Positions 35,060 to 53,899 of a DNA stretch of 64,000 nucleotides are shown piece by piece. The DNA is from the human T2T-CHM13v2.0 reference genome, Homo sapiens. Each line of letters begins with the position of its first letter. Position 1 is the stretch's first letter. Under the pieces are notes generated by a model, which saw nothing but the letters and a program-made list of their open reading frames with translations, did not search any database and was not told the origin of the DNA. Both the position numbers and the translations under genes were made by a program. The stretch lies in NCBI RefSeq assembly GCF_009914755.1, contig NC_060926.1, one strand, 5' to 3'.

Positions 35060-36132
35060 AATTTTTTTTGAATTTCAGCTTTTATATTAGATCCAGGGGT
35101 ACATGTGCAGGTTTGTTACCTGGGTATATTGCATGACACTGAGACTCAGGATATGAATGATTCCATCACCCAGGTGGTAACTATAGTACCCAGTAAGTAG
35201 TTTTTCAACCCTTTCTCCCCCTCCTCCCCTCTAGTATTCTCTAGTGTCTACTGTTCTCATCTTTATGTCATGTGTACTCACTGTGTAGCTCCCACTTATA
35301 AGTAAGAACAGGAAGTATGTGATTTTCTGTTTCTGCTTTAGTTCGCTTTGGATAATAGCCTCCAGCTGCATCCACGTGGCTGAAAAGGACACGCTTTCAT
35401 TCTTTTTTACAGCTGTGTAGTATTCCATGGTGTATATGTACCATATTTTCTTTATCCAATCCACCATTAATAGGTACCTGGGTTGATTCCTTGTTTCTGC
35501 TATTGTCAATAGTACTGCAGTGAACACACAAGTACATGTGTCTTTTTGGGAGAATGATTTATTTTCATTTAGCTATATATCCAGTAATGGGATTGCTGAG
35601 TCAAATGGTAGTTCTGTTTTAAGTTCTTTGAGAAATCTCCAAACTGCTTTCCACAGTGGCTGAACTAATTTGTATTCCCATCAATAGTGTATAAGTGTCC
35701 CCTTTTCTCTACAGCCTGGCCAGTATGTTATTTTTTGCCTTTTGATTAATAGCCATTCTGACTGGTGTGAGATGGTATCTCACTGTGGTTTTGATTTGCA
35801 TTTCTCCGATCACTAGTGATGTGAAACGCTTTTTCATGTTTGCTGGACACTTTTATGCCTTCTTTTGAGAAGTGTCTGTTCATGTAATTTGCCCACTTTT
35901 TAATGTGGTTATGTGTTTTCTGCTTGTTGAATTAAGTTCCTTATAGATAATGGATATTAGACCTTTGTCAGATGCACAGTTTGTGAATATTTTCTTTCCT
36001 TCTGAAGGGTATCTGTTTAACTCTATCAGTAGTTTATTTTGCTGTGCAGAAGCTTTTTAGTTGAATAAGGTCCCACTTGTCAATTTTTGTTTTTGTTGCA
36101 ATTGCTTTTGAAGACTTAGTTATAAATTCTCT
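35060..36132 (-). mobile_element. L1PA15/16-like 3' fragment
   Basis: ggggtacatgtgcaggtttgttacctgggtatattgcatga; antisense ORF 35231-35527 matches the ORF2 C-terminus. Confidence 0.88.
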
Positions 36133-36448
36133 AAGAACTTTTAATGGTTTTTATATGTCTCTGTTATGGTTTCATCCACTTTCATTCTAGTCTTGTTTTC
36201 TAACCAGTTATCTTCAAACATGTTTAGAATTCTTTAGAAAGGGGAATATAGTTGTCACCCAACTATTTTCCATTCAATTTTAGAATGATCCTAGGTCTAG
36301 AGAGTGATAAAAATAGAGTAATTTCTTATCCTCTGCACGTTTCTCAGAGAGCTAGTCCACCAGCCATCATATTTCAACCTTCACTTAAGTTATAGGCATG
36401 GTGGAATGTTCAGTCTCAAGAGTGATATATGAAATGCAAGAATAGATA

Positions 36449-36565
36449 TGCTATAGTCTGAATGTGTCCCCAAAATCATGTGTTGAAATACAGTGGCCAA
36501 TGTGAAAGCATTAAGAGATGTGGCCCTTAGGAGGTGAGTAAGTCATAAGGGCATAGCCTTCATGG
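36449..36565 (+). mobile_element. MaLR (MST/MLT1A-like) LTR, 5' part
   Basis: tgctatagtctgaatgtgtccccaaaatcatgtgttgaaa...ttaggaggtga...catagccttcatgg; the 3' part resumes at ~40729. Confidence 0.75.
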
Positions 36566-40728
<4,163 letters not shown>

Positions 40729-40815
40729 GAAAGCAAAGACCAAACCTTCACCAAGCACTGAAACTGCTAGCACATTGACCTCGAACTTCTAGCCTTTAGA
40801 AGAGTGAGAAATAAT
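40729..40815 (+). mobile_element. MaLR LTR, 3' part (continuation of 36449-36565)
   Basis: ccttcaccaagcactgaaactgctagcacattgacctcgaacttctagcctttagaagagtgagaaataa resembles the MST/MLT1A 3' half. Confidence 0.65.
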
Positions 40816-42180
40816 TTTTTTCAAACTTATTTATGTATTTCATCTATTTATTTAGATAAAATTTTATGTATTTGTTTTATATAACATAATGATTTGAAGT
40901 ATATATACATAGTGAAATAGCCAAATCTAGCTAATTAAATATGGATTACCTCAAATAATCATTTTTGTAGTAAGTACACTTAATATCCACTCTGATGTGA
41001 TTATGTATTTTAAGAATACACCATATCATAATTAACTCTAGTCCGCATGCTGTTTAATAGATCCCGTGAACTTATTCCTTTTATTGAACTATAATTTTGT
41101 ATCCGTTGACTAACATCTCCCCAACTGCCCCTTCTCCCCACCAACACACAACAGCTCAGCCTCTGGTAACCACCATCCTACTCTCTATTTCTATGAGATC
41201 AACTTTTTAAGATTCCACATATGAGTGAATTGTGAGGTGTTTGTCTTCCTATGTCTGACTTATTTCACCTAACATAATGTCCTCTAGGTTCACCCATGTT
41301 ATTTTAAATAGCAGGATTTCCTTCTTATTTATGGCTTAATAGTATTCCATTGTGTATACATATCATACTTTATTTATTTGCTGATGGACACTTCAGGCTG
41401 ATTCCATATCCTTTTGTGAATAGTGCTGCAATAAACATTGGAGTGCAGATATCACTTCAACGTACTGATTTCATTTCCTTTGGATACATACCCCGTAGTG
41501 AGAGAACTGGATTATACAGTAGTTTTATTTTAATTTTTTGAGGAACCTGCACACTGCTTTCCATAATGGCGAATAATGTTCCCTTAATTCCACAGTTTCA
41601 TCAACATTTGTTATCTTTTGTCTTTTTTTAATGCCCATTCTAACAGGTCTCAGATGATATCTTGTGGTTTTGATTTGTTTTCCCTGATGATTAGTGATGC
41701 TGAATATTTTTGCATGTATCTGTTGGTCATTTATACGTCTTCTTCTGAGAAATGTCTACTCAGGTTTTTTGCCCATTTTAATATCAGGTGATTTTTTTTC
41801 TTGATATTAAGTTGAGCTCCTTACATACTTTAGACATTAACCCTTATCAGATGTATAGCTTGCAAACATTTTCTCCTATTCTATAGATTGTCTTTTCACT
41901 CTGTTGACTGCTTCCTTTGCTTTGCGGAATTTTAGTTTGCTATAATCCTATTTGTGTATTTTTGTTTGGGCTGCCTATGCTTTGGAGAACATATCCAAAA
42001 GTCATTTCCTAGACAAATATCCTGAAGCATTTCCCCTATACTTGCCTATGTAAAAGCCTTACATTTAAGGCTTTAATTAATTTTGAGTTAATTTTTTAAT
42101 ATGGTGTGAGATAAGGGTCTAATTTCTTTCTTCTGCATATGCATACCCCATTTTCCCAACACCATTTATTGAAGAGACTC
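40815..42180 (-). mobile_element. L1MA-type 3' fragment
   Basis: Antisense L1 3'UTR and ORF2 end (ctctggtaaccaccatcctactctct...gattccacatatgagtga...caccatttattgaagagact). Confidence 0.88.
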
Positions 42181-43049
42181 AATCTATGAAGACTGTATTC
42201 AGAAAGCAGTATAGATCCCAAAAACAAGTTCAAGATAAGAAGCATTTTATTCCATTGGAAAGATGTCAGAAATGGCCCTCAAGATGTTTCATGGAGAGAG
42301 CTGCAGATTTAACATTTCCCTGTTTGTATACTAAGGTATAAAGTCAGCAAAATGCTTCATGAAAAAAAAATCCATGACAAATACTAGGAAAGATTCTATT
42401 GCTGTAAACCAGTCTCACACTGGATAACTCTTTAAAGGGTGATGATAAAGTAACTTCTTTCCATGCTGTTGTTAAATCTCAATTCAGATTTTGTTAAATT
42501 TCAATCAAGTTCATACTTTTTTATTCCTGCTGACTTTCTTATTTTTCTAGTGCTATTTTATTAATGCTATTTTTTCTTGGGAAAGATACAAATTGAAGAT
42601 GTCATGCTTCTGTTGCCTATCTTGAAAGGTATATAACTGTATCCGCTATCATTATATTTACACAAAACCAAAGAAATAAACAAATCACTTGTAAGAATTT
42701 CTAATTCAACTCAATTCAATTCAATGACAATAATATTGTGAGATTCACAGTCCCATTTGTTCTGTCTTTTCCCTTTAAAATAGTTTTTGCATTGGACAGA
42801 AACATTATTATTATAGGGAAAATAGCCAAAAAGTAAAACCAAAACATTAGCCCAATGTATTGCCAGAACATTTAAAGAGATGGTGGCCTTGAAGTTTTGT
42901 ACTTCAATTCCAGGTGGCTTAACTATCTATACAAGAAGGGCAAAATTATAAAGATTTTAGATAATAATATAGCAGAATATCTCCATGATATCCCTCTTCT
43001 TTCAAGGGAATGAAATAATTTATTAAACAAGACACATAACACCAATAGG

Positions 43050-43690
43050 TAAGATTCTCAAATTCACATTTATAAACTTATTTTCGTCAAAATACATCAT
43101 AAGAGTTTCTTTAAAAGTTAAACATACACTTATTATATGATCCAGCAATTCCACTTCTAGGTCTTTATCCCAGAATATTGAAAACATATGGTATTGTTCA
43201 CACAAACCTATAAATTAATATTTGTAGGATCATTATTTGCAATCATCAATATTGAAAATAATCTAAATGTCCTTCAAGTGAATTGGTCAACCCACCATGA
43301 TACACCCATCCAATGGAATACTACTCAGCAATTTAAAAGAATGAATTATTGATACACACAACATGGATGAATCTCAAATACATTCTGTTGCCTGAAAGAA
43401 ACCAAACCCAAAGAAGTTGTCTATAGATGATTCCACTTATATGACATTCTGGAAAAGGCACACATATAAAAACAGGAAATATATCAGCAGTTTACCAGGG
43501 TTAGAGGTGGAAGAAGGGTCTGAACACAAAAGGGTAGCATGATGGAATTCTTTGTGATACTAGAATTGTTCTCTGTTGTGTCTGTAGTGGTAGCTACAAA
43601 AAACTATAAATGTTTAAAAATGCATAGAACTCTATTTCAGAAAGTGAATTTTACTTACTGGAATTTTTAAAATTAAAATAAATAAGATAG
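43050..43690 (+). mobile_element. Old L1M (MC/MD/ME-type) 3' end
   Basis: tgatccagcaattccacttctagg; caatggaatactactcagcaat; gattccacttatatgacattctggaaaaggc. Confidence 0.75.
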
Positions 43691-43706
43691 TATAAGAAAA
43701 TGTATA

Positions 43707-44056
<350 letters not shown>

Positions 44057-44898
44057 CTAGAAAATACAGAAGAACTTACAAATAAGTAAGGAGAAATCAT
44101 CTCAATAAAGAAATGGTCAAAGGCTTTGAAGAAATACAACATAGAACTGAAAGACCAAACAAACAAATGGCTAATAAAGGAAATGAGATGCTTGTATTCA
44201 TTAGTATCCAGGAAAACAAAATTGCAATAGTTATCATTATACAGCAAGTGGGTTAAAATTTTAAAAGTCTTGTTTTACCAAGTGTTTGTAAAAATTGGAG
44301 GCAATAGAGTCTTGATACAATGGTAAGTGGAGTGTAAATTGTTACAATTGCTCTGTTAGCATTAGCAGCATTAGCTATCTGCCTATCAGTTTTAATACTA
44401 CTAACATAAGCACCCAGGGAGATATGTACAGAAATGTTGACTATACCCCTAACTGAAAATAGTAACATGAAGAACTCATCTTGTAACTCAGTGGCTTCCA
44501 AATTTTTCAAACAGGGCCCATATGTAAGCAATACATTTCAGAGATATTGTCAGTACTCACCCCCACTCTTGGAGTGGTTTAAGAAGGGCAAATGAGATGT
44601 GGAGAAATTTTCTGGCCACTTCTTGGAAAGTTTTCCTTCACGTCCAAGAAAGAGCCACAAGTAGGGCTGGACAATATAATGCCTTTGGACCCTGTTGTAT
44701 CAGGCTATGATGCCTGGAGCTGCTGCAGCCATCCTCCAATCCATGTGAGGAAAAAATTTCCATTAAGAATGGCATAGCCTAGGGATAGAAAGAATCTGGG
44801 TTCTTGATGCCCTTCTTGGTCCCTTTTTATCAATAAATCCCTAAGTCTGCCCTACCTTTGGGCTTGTTTATTTCTTCAGCCACATTGGATCTGAGTTT

Positions 44899-45195
44899 CA
44901 TTCTCAGCAAACTAACACAGGAACAGAAAACCAAATACCTCATTGTTCTCACTCATAAGTGGGAGTTGAACAATGAGAACACATGGACATGAGGAGGGGA
45001 ACATAACACAACAGGACCTGTTAGAGGGGGTGGGGGGCTAGGGGAGGGATAGCATTAGGAGAAATACCTAATGTAGATGACAGGTTGATGGGTGCAGCAA
45101 ACCACCATGGCGCATGTATACCTATGTAACAAACCTGCACATTCTGTACATGTATCCCAGAACTTAAAGTACAATTTTAAAAAATGTAAAAAAAC
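44899..45195 (+). mobile_element. L1PA7/8-like 3' end
   Basis: cattctcagcaaactaacacaggaacagaaaaccaaa...gtatcccagaacttaaagta. Confidence 0.9.
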
Positions 45196-46864
45196 CCAGT
45201 TTATTTTTCTTGAAATAAAACTCTCCAAACTGCTACAAACTGAACAAACTGTCAGCCCTAGTTTTGTTCATGTACATAATGTCCTTCTAGGCAATAATTT
45301 GTTACTATATATCTGATCAGAATATCAGGGCAAATTCTTTAAGACAGATACCTCCACTTCCCATACAAGGACATAATGCATTTAAATATATAGTTTATTT
45401 CTCATATTATTTTTAGTCTTAAGAAATTACAGAAGTCTCTATTGTTATTCTTGAAGGTATATATTACAAAACCTTTTAGCAATACTATCCTATATATACA
45501 AAAATGCTAGACTAACATAGGTCTTGCCTTTTATTTTCTAAAAAGAAATATATTTTATATAAATAATCTAGGTTACTACATAAAAGATTACAAATTATAT
45601 ATAATCCAAAAAATTCAGATATAACCATTTTTAGTATTTTGTTTTATTTACTTCCAAGAATTTTAAGAACCTATAAGTACATATTTTTACCCCCAAAATG
45701 GAACTATATGATGCAAATCCCTCAAGAATTTGCTTTTTAAACTTACCAGTATATTGGGGAATCTTTCCAATCACATCATACTTCTTTAACTGTCTGACTG
45801 ATCTGGAACTATATAAAAAATGTCTTTGGATAATTTTAACTAATGTGCATTGCAGAAAAAAGTAAGTCACTGACCCAGAAACATAGGAAATTATCAGGAC
45901 TTCTCCATTTACACTAGGCAACTCAAAAATCAGTGCTAAAAGAGAACATATGAATGAGGCTATTGATTAGACAACCTTTAAAAAAATAATTCTAGAAGCA
46001 TCGTTCATTACTCAAACCAGAAAGACATAAGCCATGTTCTGATTTTATCTTTATAATTAATTTGTAACATATGTTTATGTTTACATTTTTCACTTTAATT
46101 CTGTCAGTTTTTGGCCAGGCTATACAAAATGAGGATGATTTTTTCTTATGTATAATACATTATAGGATATTAGTTTTGCCTGTATTCTTTTCTCTTCCAT
46201 GTAACAGTGAAAACCTACTTACCGAGCTCTTCTGTTAAATGCTACCAAAAAGTATCAGTAGTCTTATTGGCTTTAGGCTAGATCTAGAAAAAATAATCTA
46301 GTTGGAATATTTACCGTGGAGACCAGCAGATACTGCCTTGCAATATTACCAAAGACCTGGTAAACACTGCTCTCACTCACGTACTTAGAGAAGCCCTAGA
46401 AATTAGTGTACTAAGAGAGCTATTGAAACTGAGGGAATGGAAAATACCCATATATATTTGGAGTAGTTTGGGCTTGATACAGTGTGTTTACTTGGAAAAT
46501 TATTATATTGTATGCCTCAGGACTGATTGTGTTTTACATTGCTTTCAAATTCATTCCCTCTCTCTCACTCACTCTCTCTTTCATTGCAAAGTTCACTTCC
46601 ATCCTCGGTTCATGGCCCATTTACATCATCAGCCTATGCAAGGTTTCCTTACCTTACTTGTTTATTCTCTTTTATTTCTATTTCTCAATCTCATCAAATT
46701 CCACCTATCCACTATAAATATCTAGAAATAATATGTCTAGGTTTTAGGATATAATTATTTTCAATGTGACAAAATTTTTAATTGAATGTGATTTAAGCAT
46801 TAGCTAGAATACGAAATTTTCTGGGCTTTCTTTCTATATATCAGTATGCTCTAGCAAATTCTTT

Positions 46865-47672
46865 TTTTATTCTGATCAAAAAACACGTAACATAAATTTA
46901 CCCTCTTAAGTTATAGTACAGTATTGTTAACTATATGCACATTGTTGTACAACAGATATCTAGAACTTTTCCATATTGTATGACTGAAATGCTATAGCTA
47001 TTGTACAATCCTTCATTACCCCTTGCCCCAAGCCCTAGCAACCAGCATTCTACTTCTGTTTCTGTGTGTTTGATTACATTAGATAACTCATATATGTGAA
47101 ATCATGCATTATTTGTCTTTTGTGGTTGGCTTTTTAAATTTAGCATAATGTTATCTGAGAAAAATATTCTCCTGCTGTTGAGTGGAATGTTCTATATGTG
47201 TATGATAGGTCCATTTGGTCTATACTATTGTTTAGGATTTCTATTTCCTTATTGATCATCTCACTAGTTATTCTATCCATTATTGAAAAAAGAGTATTGA
47301 CATGTACTATTATTGTGTTACAGTCTTTTTTACCCTTCAATTTTGCTAATATTTACATCATATATTTGGGTGCTCTAAAGTTAGTTGCATACATTTTATA
47401 ATTGCTGTGTTTTCTTAGTGAATTGACGCTTTTATTATACAATGTCCTTTTGTTGTCTCTTGCGATAGTTTTTGTCTTAAAGTCTATTTGGTTTGATGTA
47501 CGTATTGCTAATCCTGATTTCTTTTGGTTATGATCTGCATTGAATATCCTTTTCCACTCTTTCACTTTCAGCCTATATGTGTCTTTACATCAAAAGTGAG
47601 TCTCTTCTTGACAACATATAATTGCATCTGGCATTTTTATCCATTCAACTACTCTATGTGTTTTGATCAGGA
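46865..47672 (-). mobile_element. Old L1: 3'UTR piece joined to an ORF2 endonuclease-region piece
   Basis: 46865-47150 antisense L1MA/MB 3'UTR; minus ORFs 47140-47565 resemble the L1 endonuclease domain (WKRIFNA..NQKKSGLAI, MDLSYTYRTFH). Confidence 0.75.
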
Positions 47673-48896
47673 AGTGCTATGGTCTATATGAGTCATATGA
47701 TGTGAAATAACCACAGATGTACAAGTGTGGAGCCAATTTGGTTCAATGTCAAATGCTGGATATGATAGCTTGTTCTGTCAAGCTCTTAAATACATGCATT
47801 GGTTATTGTCTGTCTATTCATTCATTAAAACAAATCTTCCAACTGACATCATCATTTGGCTCTCCTGGGCACTAACTTAGTTGGTATACATCTGGTCACC
47901 CTTCCACATCATTTACACAACCACCCACATCTTTGTACCCAGCTCTGAAATGGCACAGCTGCCTAATGAGATGACTCAGCAGGGCACTGAGTGAAAGTGG
48001 CCCTCTGGGTTCAACTGAAAACATGGAGGTTGCTCTGTGACTGTGGGCAAAGCCAGGAAAGCAAAGAATGCAAAAGATTTTATCCCCAGATATAATCCAG
48101 AAAAGTAATACTTCAATGCAGTCTTTTAGCTTCATGTCTTTCCACGTTTGCACTTGTTTAACCAATAATACTGTGAATCTCTCCTTAGACTGTTCTGTTG
48201 AAATGTTTTGACCTGGAAAATTACAAGGCTCAATTTTGCTCAGAAATCATCACTCCTATAAAACCTCTTTTTGACTTCTCGTGAGGTGAATTAGTCTTTC
48301 CTTCCACATTCCCATAACACTTTGTTCATGTATCTTTCCTGGCACATACCTCATTTACTCTAATGTTCTGAGTAGTTCTCTGTCTCTTCTGATAGATTGT
48401 GGGATCTTTAAAAGACATGAATAAAAACATGTCTTACTCACCTTTTACCTTTTCCTCTTGAGTATCTAGAACAGTATGTGTCACAATGAAGGTTCTCAAT
48501 TAGTGAATCTGCTGCCCTTTGAGCACAGGTACTAGATAATTATATTTTAGCTTTTACAGCCTTTGTCTCGTTTCATCCAGACAAAAACTATGTGAAGATT
48601 CTATTTCAGATGATTAAAGTGGCTGAAAGATGGTAATTACTTGTCCAAAGTCAAAAAATAAGTGATAGAATCAGCTTTAAAATTTGCTCATTGTTATAAT
48701 ATTATATAATAAACAAAGGATGAATTTATACCAAATACATAAATAAAAAGTCATGTTTTCTCATTTAACACTCGACATCTAAATAAACTGAAAAAAAATC
48801 AGTAAGTTTTCTTTTCCGATGGATTTTGCGTTTTCTTTCATATATTCATCCACTCCTGCTAATTACCATTGCCTTGCCTCACAAAGACACTGACTT

Positions 48897-49004
48897 TTGA
48901 GATTTAAAAGACGTGTTAATTCTAATTTCTGTCTGATTCATTTCTTAACTTCTTCACATCTGTCTTGTTTAAAAATAAACTACTTGAATTAATTCATCAT
49001 ACCA
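48897..49004 (+). repeat. Copy 1 of a 108-bp dispersed direct duplication
   Basis: Matches 51055-51162 with 2 mismatches. Confidence 0.95.
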
Positions 49005-49059
49005 GCATCAATTAAACCACTATATTCATGAAAGGAGTTATAATTGTCCTGCAGTAGTG

Positions 49060-49318
49060 GTTGTGGCAAGAGAGGAAGCAGAAGAAAGAAGTAGAGGAAG
49101 CTGGACTCTTTTTACCAACCCACTCTCCTGGGAACTAATCCATTCCCAAGAGTGATAACTCAGTCACTGCCCTGGCAGGCAGGCATGAATCTGTTCATGA
49201 GGGTTCTGCCCCCATGACTCAATCACCTCTCAGTAGGCCTCACCTCCCAACACTGCCTCTTGGGGATTACATCTCCATGTGAGTTTTGGCAGGGACAAAT
49301 CAGACCCAAACCATAGCA
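49060..49318 (-). mobile_element. MST/THE1-type MaLR LTR fragment
   Basis: catgagggttctgcccccatgactcaatcacctctc...cacctcccaacactg...aaaccatagca. Confidence 0.8.
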
Positions 49319-49489
49319 GATGTAGTTCTACTTGTCTATTTTTGCTTTTGTTACTTGAGCTTTTGCTGTCATATCCAAGAAATCATTGCCAAGCCCAATG
49401 TCATGAAGCTTTTCCCATGTTTCCTTCTAGTAGTCTTACAGTTTCACTTCAGAATTATCATATGATCCAACAATCACAGAAGGAAATCA

Positions 49490-49760
49490 CCACGATTCCT
49501 TTACATGAGGTATCTAAAATAGTCAAACTCATGAACAGAGAGCAGAATGGTAGTTGCCAAGGGCTGGGTGGAGGGAAAAATGGAAAATTGCTCTTTAACA
49601 GGTGTAAAGTTTTAGTCATGTTAGACGAATAAGTTCCAGAAATCTGCTATACAACATAGTGCCTATAGTTAACAATATGGTATTGTGCACTTCAAAAAAT
49701 GTTAAGAGGTTAGATCTCAATTTTAAGTGTTCTCCTCACACTAGAACGAAAAAATAGAAT
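49490..49760 (+). mobile_element. L1MA/MB 3'UTR fragment
   Basis: atgaggtatctaaaatagtcaaactcat...gtgcctatagttaacaatatggtattgtgcactt; same family as 1130-1370. Confidence 0.75.
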
Positions 49761-51054
49761 TCTACAGGGAAAAAAAAAAGCTAGAAAAAAAATAGCCACA
49801 AAAGAGCCAAAATCATGCCTGCTTTAGATTCTTAACACTAAATTTTAAAAGACAAAGGATTCACCAGTTCAGAGTTTGATGACAAAGAAGTATGAGTCAA
49901 TACTTCTATGCCAATCAGGTTGTCATTCATGAATAAACACAAGAACAATACCTCTACAGTATCCAAACATATCTGATTCATTCTTTCTTAAAACAATTGT
50001 TTACTATGTACACAAACTTCAAATAAATAAAAATAAAATTCTTCACAAACATGTGTGCTATAAGATTACCATTAGCATTAAATCCAGTTAAACATAAAAT
50101 GAATTCCATTAAATAAATTTTGAAGATAATCCAAATGTGCTTTAATATCAGTGATGCCTGTTCAGGTATATAGTTGGATGTCAGGGGATGTGATATTATT
50201 TTGCAATTTCAAACTGAAAAATAAAAATATGTTAACATTTATACCTTTATCCAGAATCTGTTTTTGAGCCCCTTACTATGAATCTGTTCTAGTTTGATAC
50301 GAGAGTACTTCAGCAAATATGCAAGCTAGTTTCTCTAAAATTGTTCCATATTTTATTTCTCACTTTTAAGAATGGAAGCCAGTTATCTTCTAAAATGAGA
50401 ACTTCTTCAGTGTACTTTGATTTTCTCTTAGATTGTTTTAAGAAATAACTTAAGATGGATTTTTCTCTAGTCTTCAGATTAATCCTACCGGCACTTCAAC
50501 AGCTGCCCTTCCTTCTGGATCCTGCAAGCCTAAATCCTAGTAATTAAAACTGGATGCCATCGTAATCTAAGAAAAGATCAGAAAAGCAAAATAAAAAACC
50601 AAGAGATTACCAACTAAACTAATTTAAGATGAAAATGTGCAAGTATACTGAACACTATATTATTTAATAGTATGAAATGTCTTGTTCTCAAACTGTTGAT
50701 AATATTTTAAGAGACATAAGCATGCAAAAGTTGGTATATTTTTCTATTCAAACAACAGAGAATGATCAAGGACAATCAAGTGAAAATATTTTGAGAATCA
50801 GGTGACAGAAAATATATGTAGTTTTTATTTTCCTTTGAATTGCAGACACACTTTATGATTTAAAAATACAAGGAAATAAGGTCCAATGCAGCAAATATAA
50901 GTCACTCTTGTCTTTTTTTTTATTATTATAACCACACATGTATTAGAGTGATTCTGCAGAATATCTCTTGGTGACAAATCCATTTAGCCCTTTAATAAAA
51001 ATGTATCAAATGGAATCCTGAGCAATGCTTTACACTGAATCTTTACACTGAATC

Positions 51055-51162
51055 TTGAGATTTAAAAGATGTGTTAATTCTAATTTCTGTCTGATTAATT
51101 TCTTAACTTCTTCACATCTGTCTTGTTTAAAAATAAACTACTTGAATTAATTCATCATACCA
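51055..51162 (+). repeat. Copy 2 of the 108-bp duplication, preceded by a 13-bp tandem duplication
   Basis: ctttacactgaat twice (51028-51053) directly upstream. Confidence 0.95.
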
Positions 51163-53327
51163 TTTTCATATATTCTTCTATTTCCCTGCATCTTATCTTT
51201 CCAAATCCCTCCTTATTGGGTGCTTAGCATGTTGCAGTATGTAACACACATACAGTATGAGAAGGAGGAGGAAAAGAAAGAGAAAGAGAAAAAAGAAAGG
51301 AAAGAAAAAAGGGAAGGGAGAGTTTTAGAAGCTTTCTTTTATTGACATGAAAATGCAGTAAAACAACTAAAATGAACCATATTAATTGCTTTATGAGGTG
51401 GATTTATTTGAAGCTATAGATAACTAATATTATCTGTCTGGTATATTCTTTCCCCAAATATCAATTTGGCGATTTCTTTCATCTCCTTTAAGTTTTTGCT
51501 CAAATATTATTGTCTCAATGACGTCTACACTGGCCAACATATTTAAAAATCTAATCAACCCCTCACCCCCACACTCACACTGACTGGCACTCTGAATAAT
51601 TTAACTTGAACTCTGATACTATTTTTTCATTTTCCTCTGAGACTTACTTAATATTAACACTGTATAATTGACTTATTTATTGTTTTTCTTGTTAATCGTC
51701 TCACCCTCACACACAACCAAAGTATAAGATTCATAAGTGCATATTACATGCTAAATACACATTTGTTCAGATTAAATAGAAATGAATTCAAAATAAGTTT
51801 GACTCATTGCCATCCAACATGGCCTTAGGTTTTAAGCTAAAGTAAATGCACAAAGTAAACACTAACTATATCTAAAATATTAATTTGCCTTTTTGAGGAA
51901 TTTAGACAAATAAATAAGAGTCTTTATTTTTTTCTTTCAATAAGCCACTTCAGTGATAACAATGGCAAAAGTAAAGAAACCTTATAAGACAATTATCAGG
52001 GATAAATTACAGTGGACATTTATTCTAGATGAAAATTTTAAAGCAAATCACATGGTATTAATGAAACATTCAAGAACAATATTTTTATTGTTTTACTGAG
52101 TTAGTTAATACACCCAAAAGGTATTGAATAACTACTTTTTTTAAGTTAAGATTTGTAATAGGTAATATTTCAAAAATCAGAATATATAAATATAAATATA
52201 TATGTAAATTTAGAATGCTTTATTCCATTTGCGTTCCTGTCTACCTCTTTAGCTCGGTCTCAGATAGGTAACTTATTTTATTAGTTTTAAAAATGTATTC
52301 ACTTATTGTCTTTTAGTTGTACACATTCACATGAAAATACATATTCTTAATTTCCATTACCTTTATTTAAAAAGATACAGTACATTATTATCAGTAAAGT
52401 ACGATTTTTTATTTAACATTTTATTCTTTATTTTTTCCTCACATCCATACATAGATAACTCAGCTACCCAGGATCGCATTAGGTGGATAAACTGTAGTTT
52501 AATTAATGAATCCTTCATAACAAAGTACCTTGTCAACGCAAGTTAAAATTTATATTTTTGAGTGACTGACTTTGGCTTCCATAAATTTGAGATGTGAGAA
52601 ATTGCATTATTTAATATTTTTTAGAGTCACATATAGATACCTATTTTTCACCCAACACAAGTACGAAAATAAAACTTTAAAAGATACTGATTGTCCTTGC
52701 AGAAACTGTAATATTCTCTGTTAGAAGGGCTCTCTGCTGTAAGGAAGGTAACATATTGACACATACTGAGTGAATATAAACTGGGCAATGATTCACAGGC
52801 TATAAATCTATTAGATTCCACCTTTCCTTCTCAGTTTTTGACGTTTGGGGATTATCTCAGCAATCTTCTTCCTTATGGGAAATACAATTTATCTCTCTAC
52901 AGTGTCTCTAAAAATACTGAGATTCCATTATACAATTCTATTAATAACATTGTAACACAGTTGTGTTTAGAAGTAGATCAAACCCAGTTTTATCTTAAAA
53001 CATGACATTATCTATTTGGTTATACATGAAAATATTTGATATTAGAGGAGCAACTGATATTCAGATATTATTCCAGGAAATGCTATCGATCCTTGTTTTT
53101 CATTAGTTCTTCAGTTGTCCTAGCTTTTCTCTCAACACTGGACTTACCACAGCCCAGTAACTGCCCTCTCCCTAGGATCCTGCTTTGGGATAGTTTTAAG
53201 ATTTCACTCTGGCTTTATATACCTGAAGATAAGGGCAGAAAATCAAAACCATTTAATCTAATAAACCCTCAGCAGCTTTATTGCTGAACACTATTATTTC
53301 CATTTTCAGATTAAGAAAGTGAGAACC

Positions 53328-53848
53328 AGAAATACCATTCAACCTAGCAATCCCATTACTGGTTATATACCCAAAGGAATAGAAATCATTCTATTATAAA
53401 GATACATGCATTCATATGTTCATTGCAGCACTATTCACAATAGCAAAGACATGGAATCAACCCAAATGCCCCGTCAATGATAGACTGGATAAAGAAAATG
53501 TGGTACATATACACCATGGAATACTATGCACCCATAAAAAGTAACAAGATCATGTCCTTTGCAGGGACATGGATGGAGCTGGAAGCCATTATCCTCAGCA
53601 AACTAACACGGGAACAGAAAACCAAACATCACATGGCATGTTCTCACTTATAAGTGGGAGCTGAACAATGAGAACACATGGACACAGGGAGGGGAACAAC
53701 ACACAGTGGGGTCTGTGGAGGGGGGCAGGAGGGAAGGGAGAGCAGCAGGATAAAGAGCTAATGCATGCAGGGCTTAATACCTAGGTAATGGGTTGATAGG
53801 TGCAGCAAACCATTATGGCACATATTTACCTATGTAACAAACCCGCAA
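53328..53848 (+). mobile_element. Older L1PA 3' fragment
   Basis: agaaataccattcaacctagcaatcccattactgg...acctatgtaacaaacccgca. Confidence 0.88.
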
Positions 53849-53899
53849 GACATATTAGTAAAAAGTTAAATACAGCAAAGATATACAGATTAGAAATAT

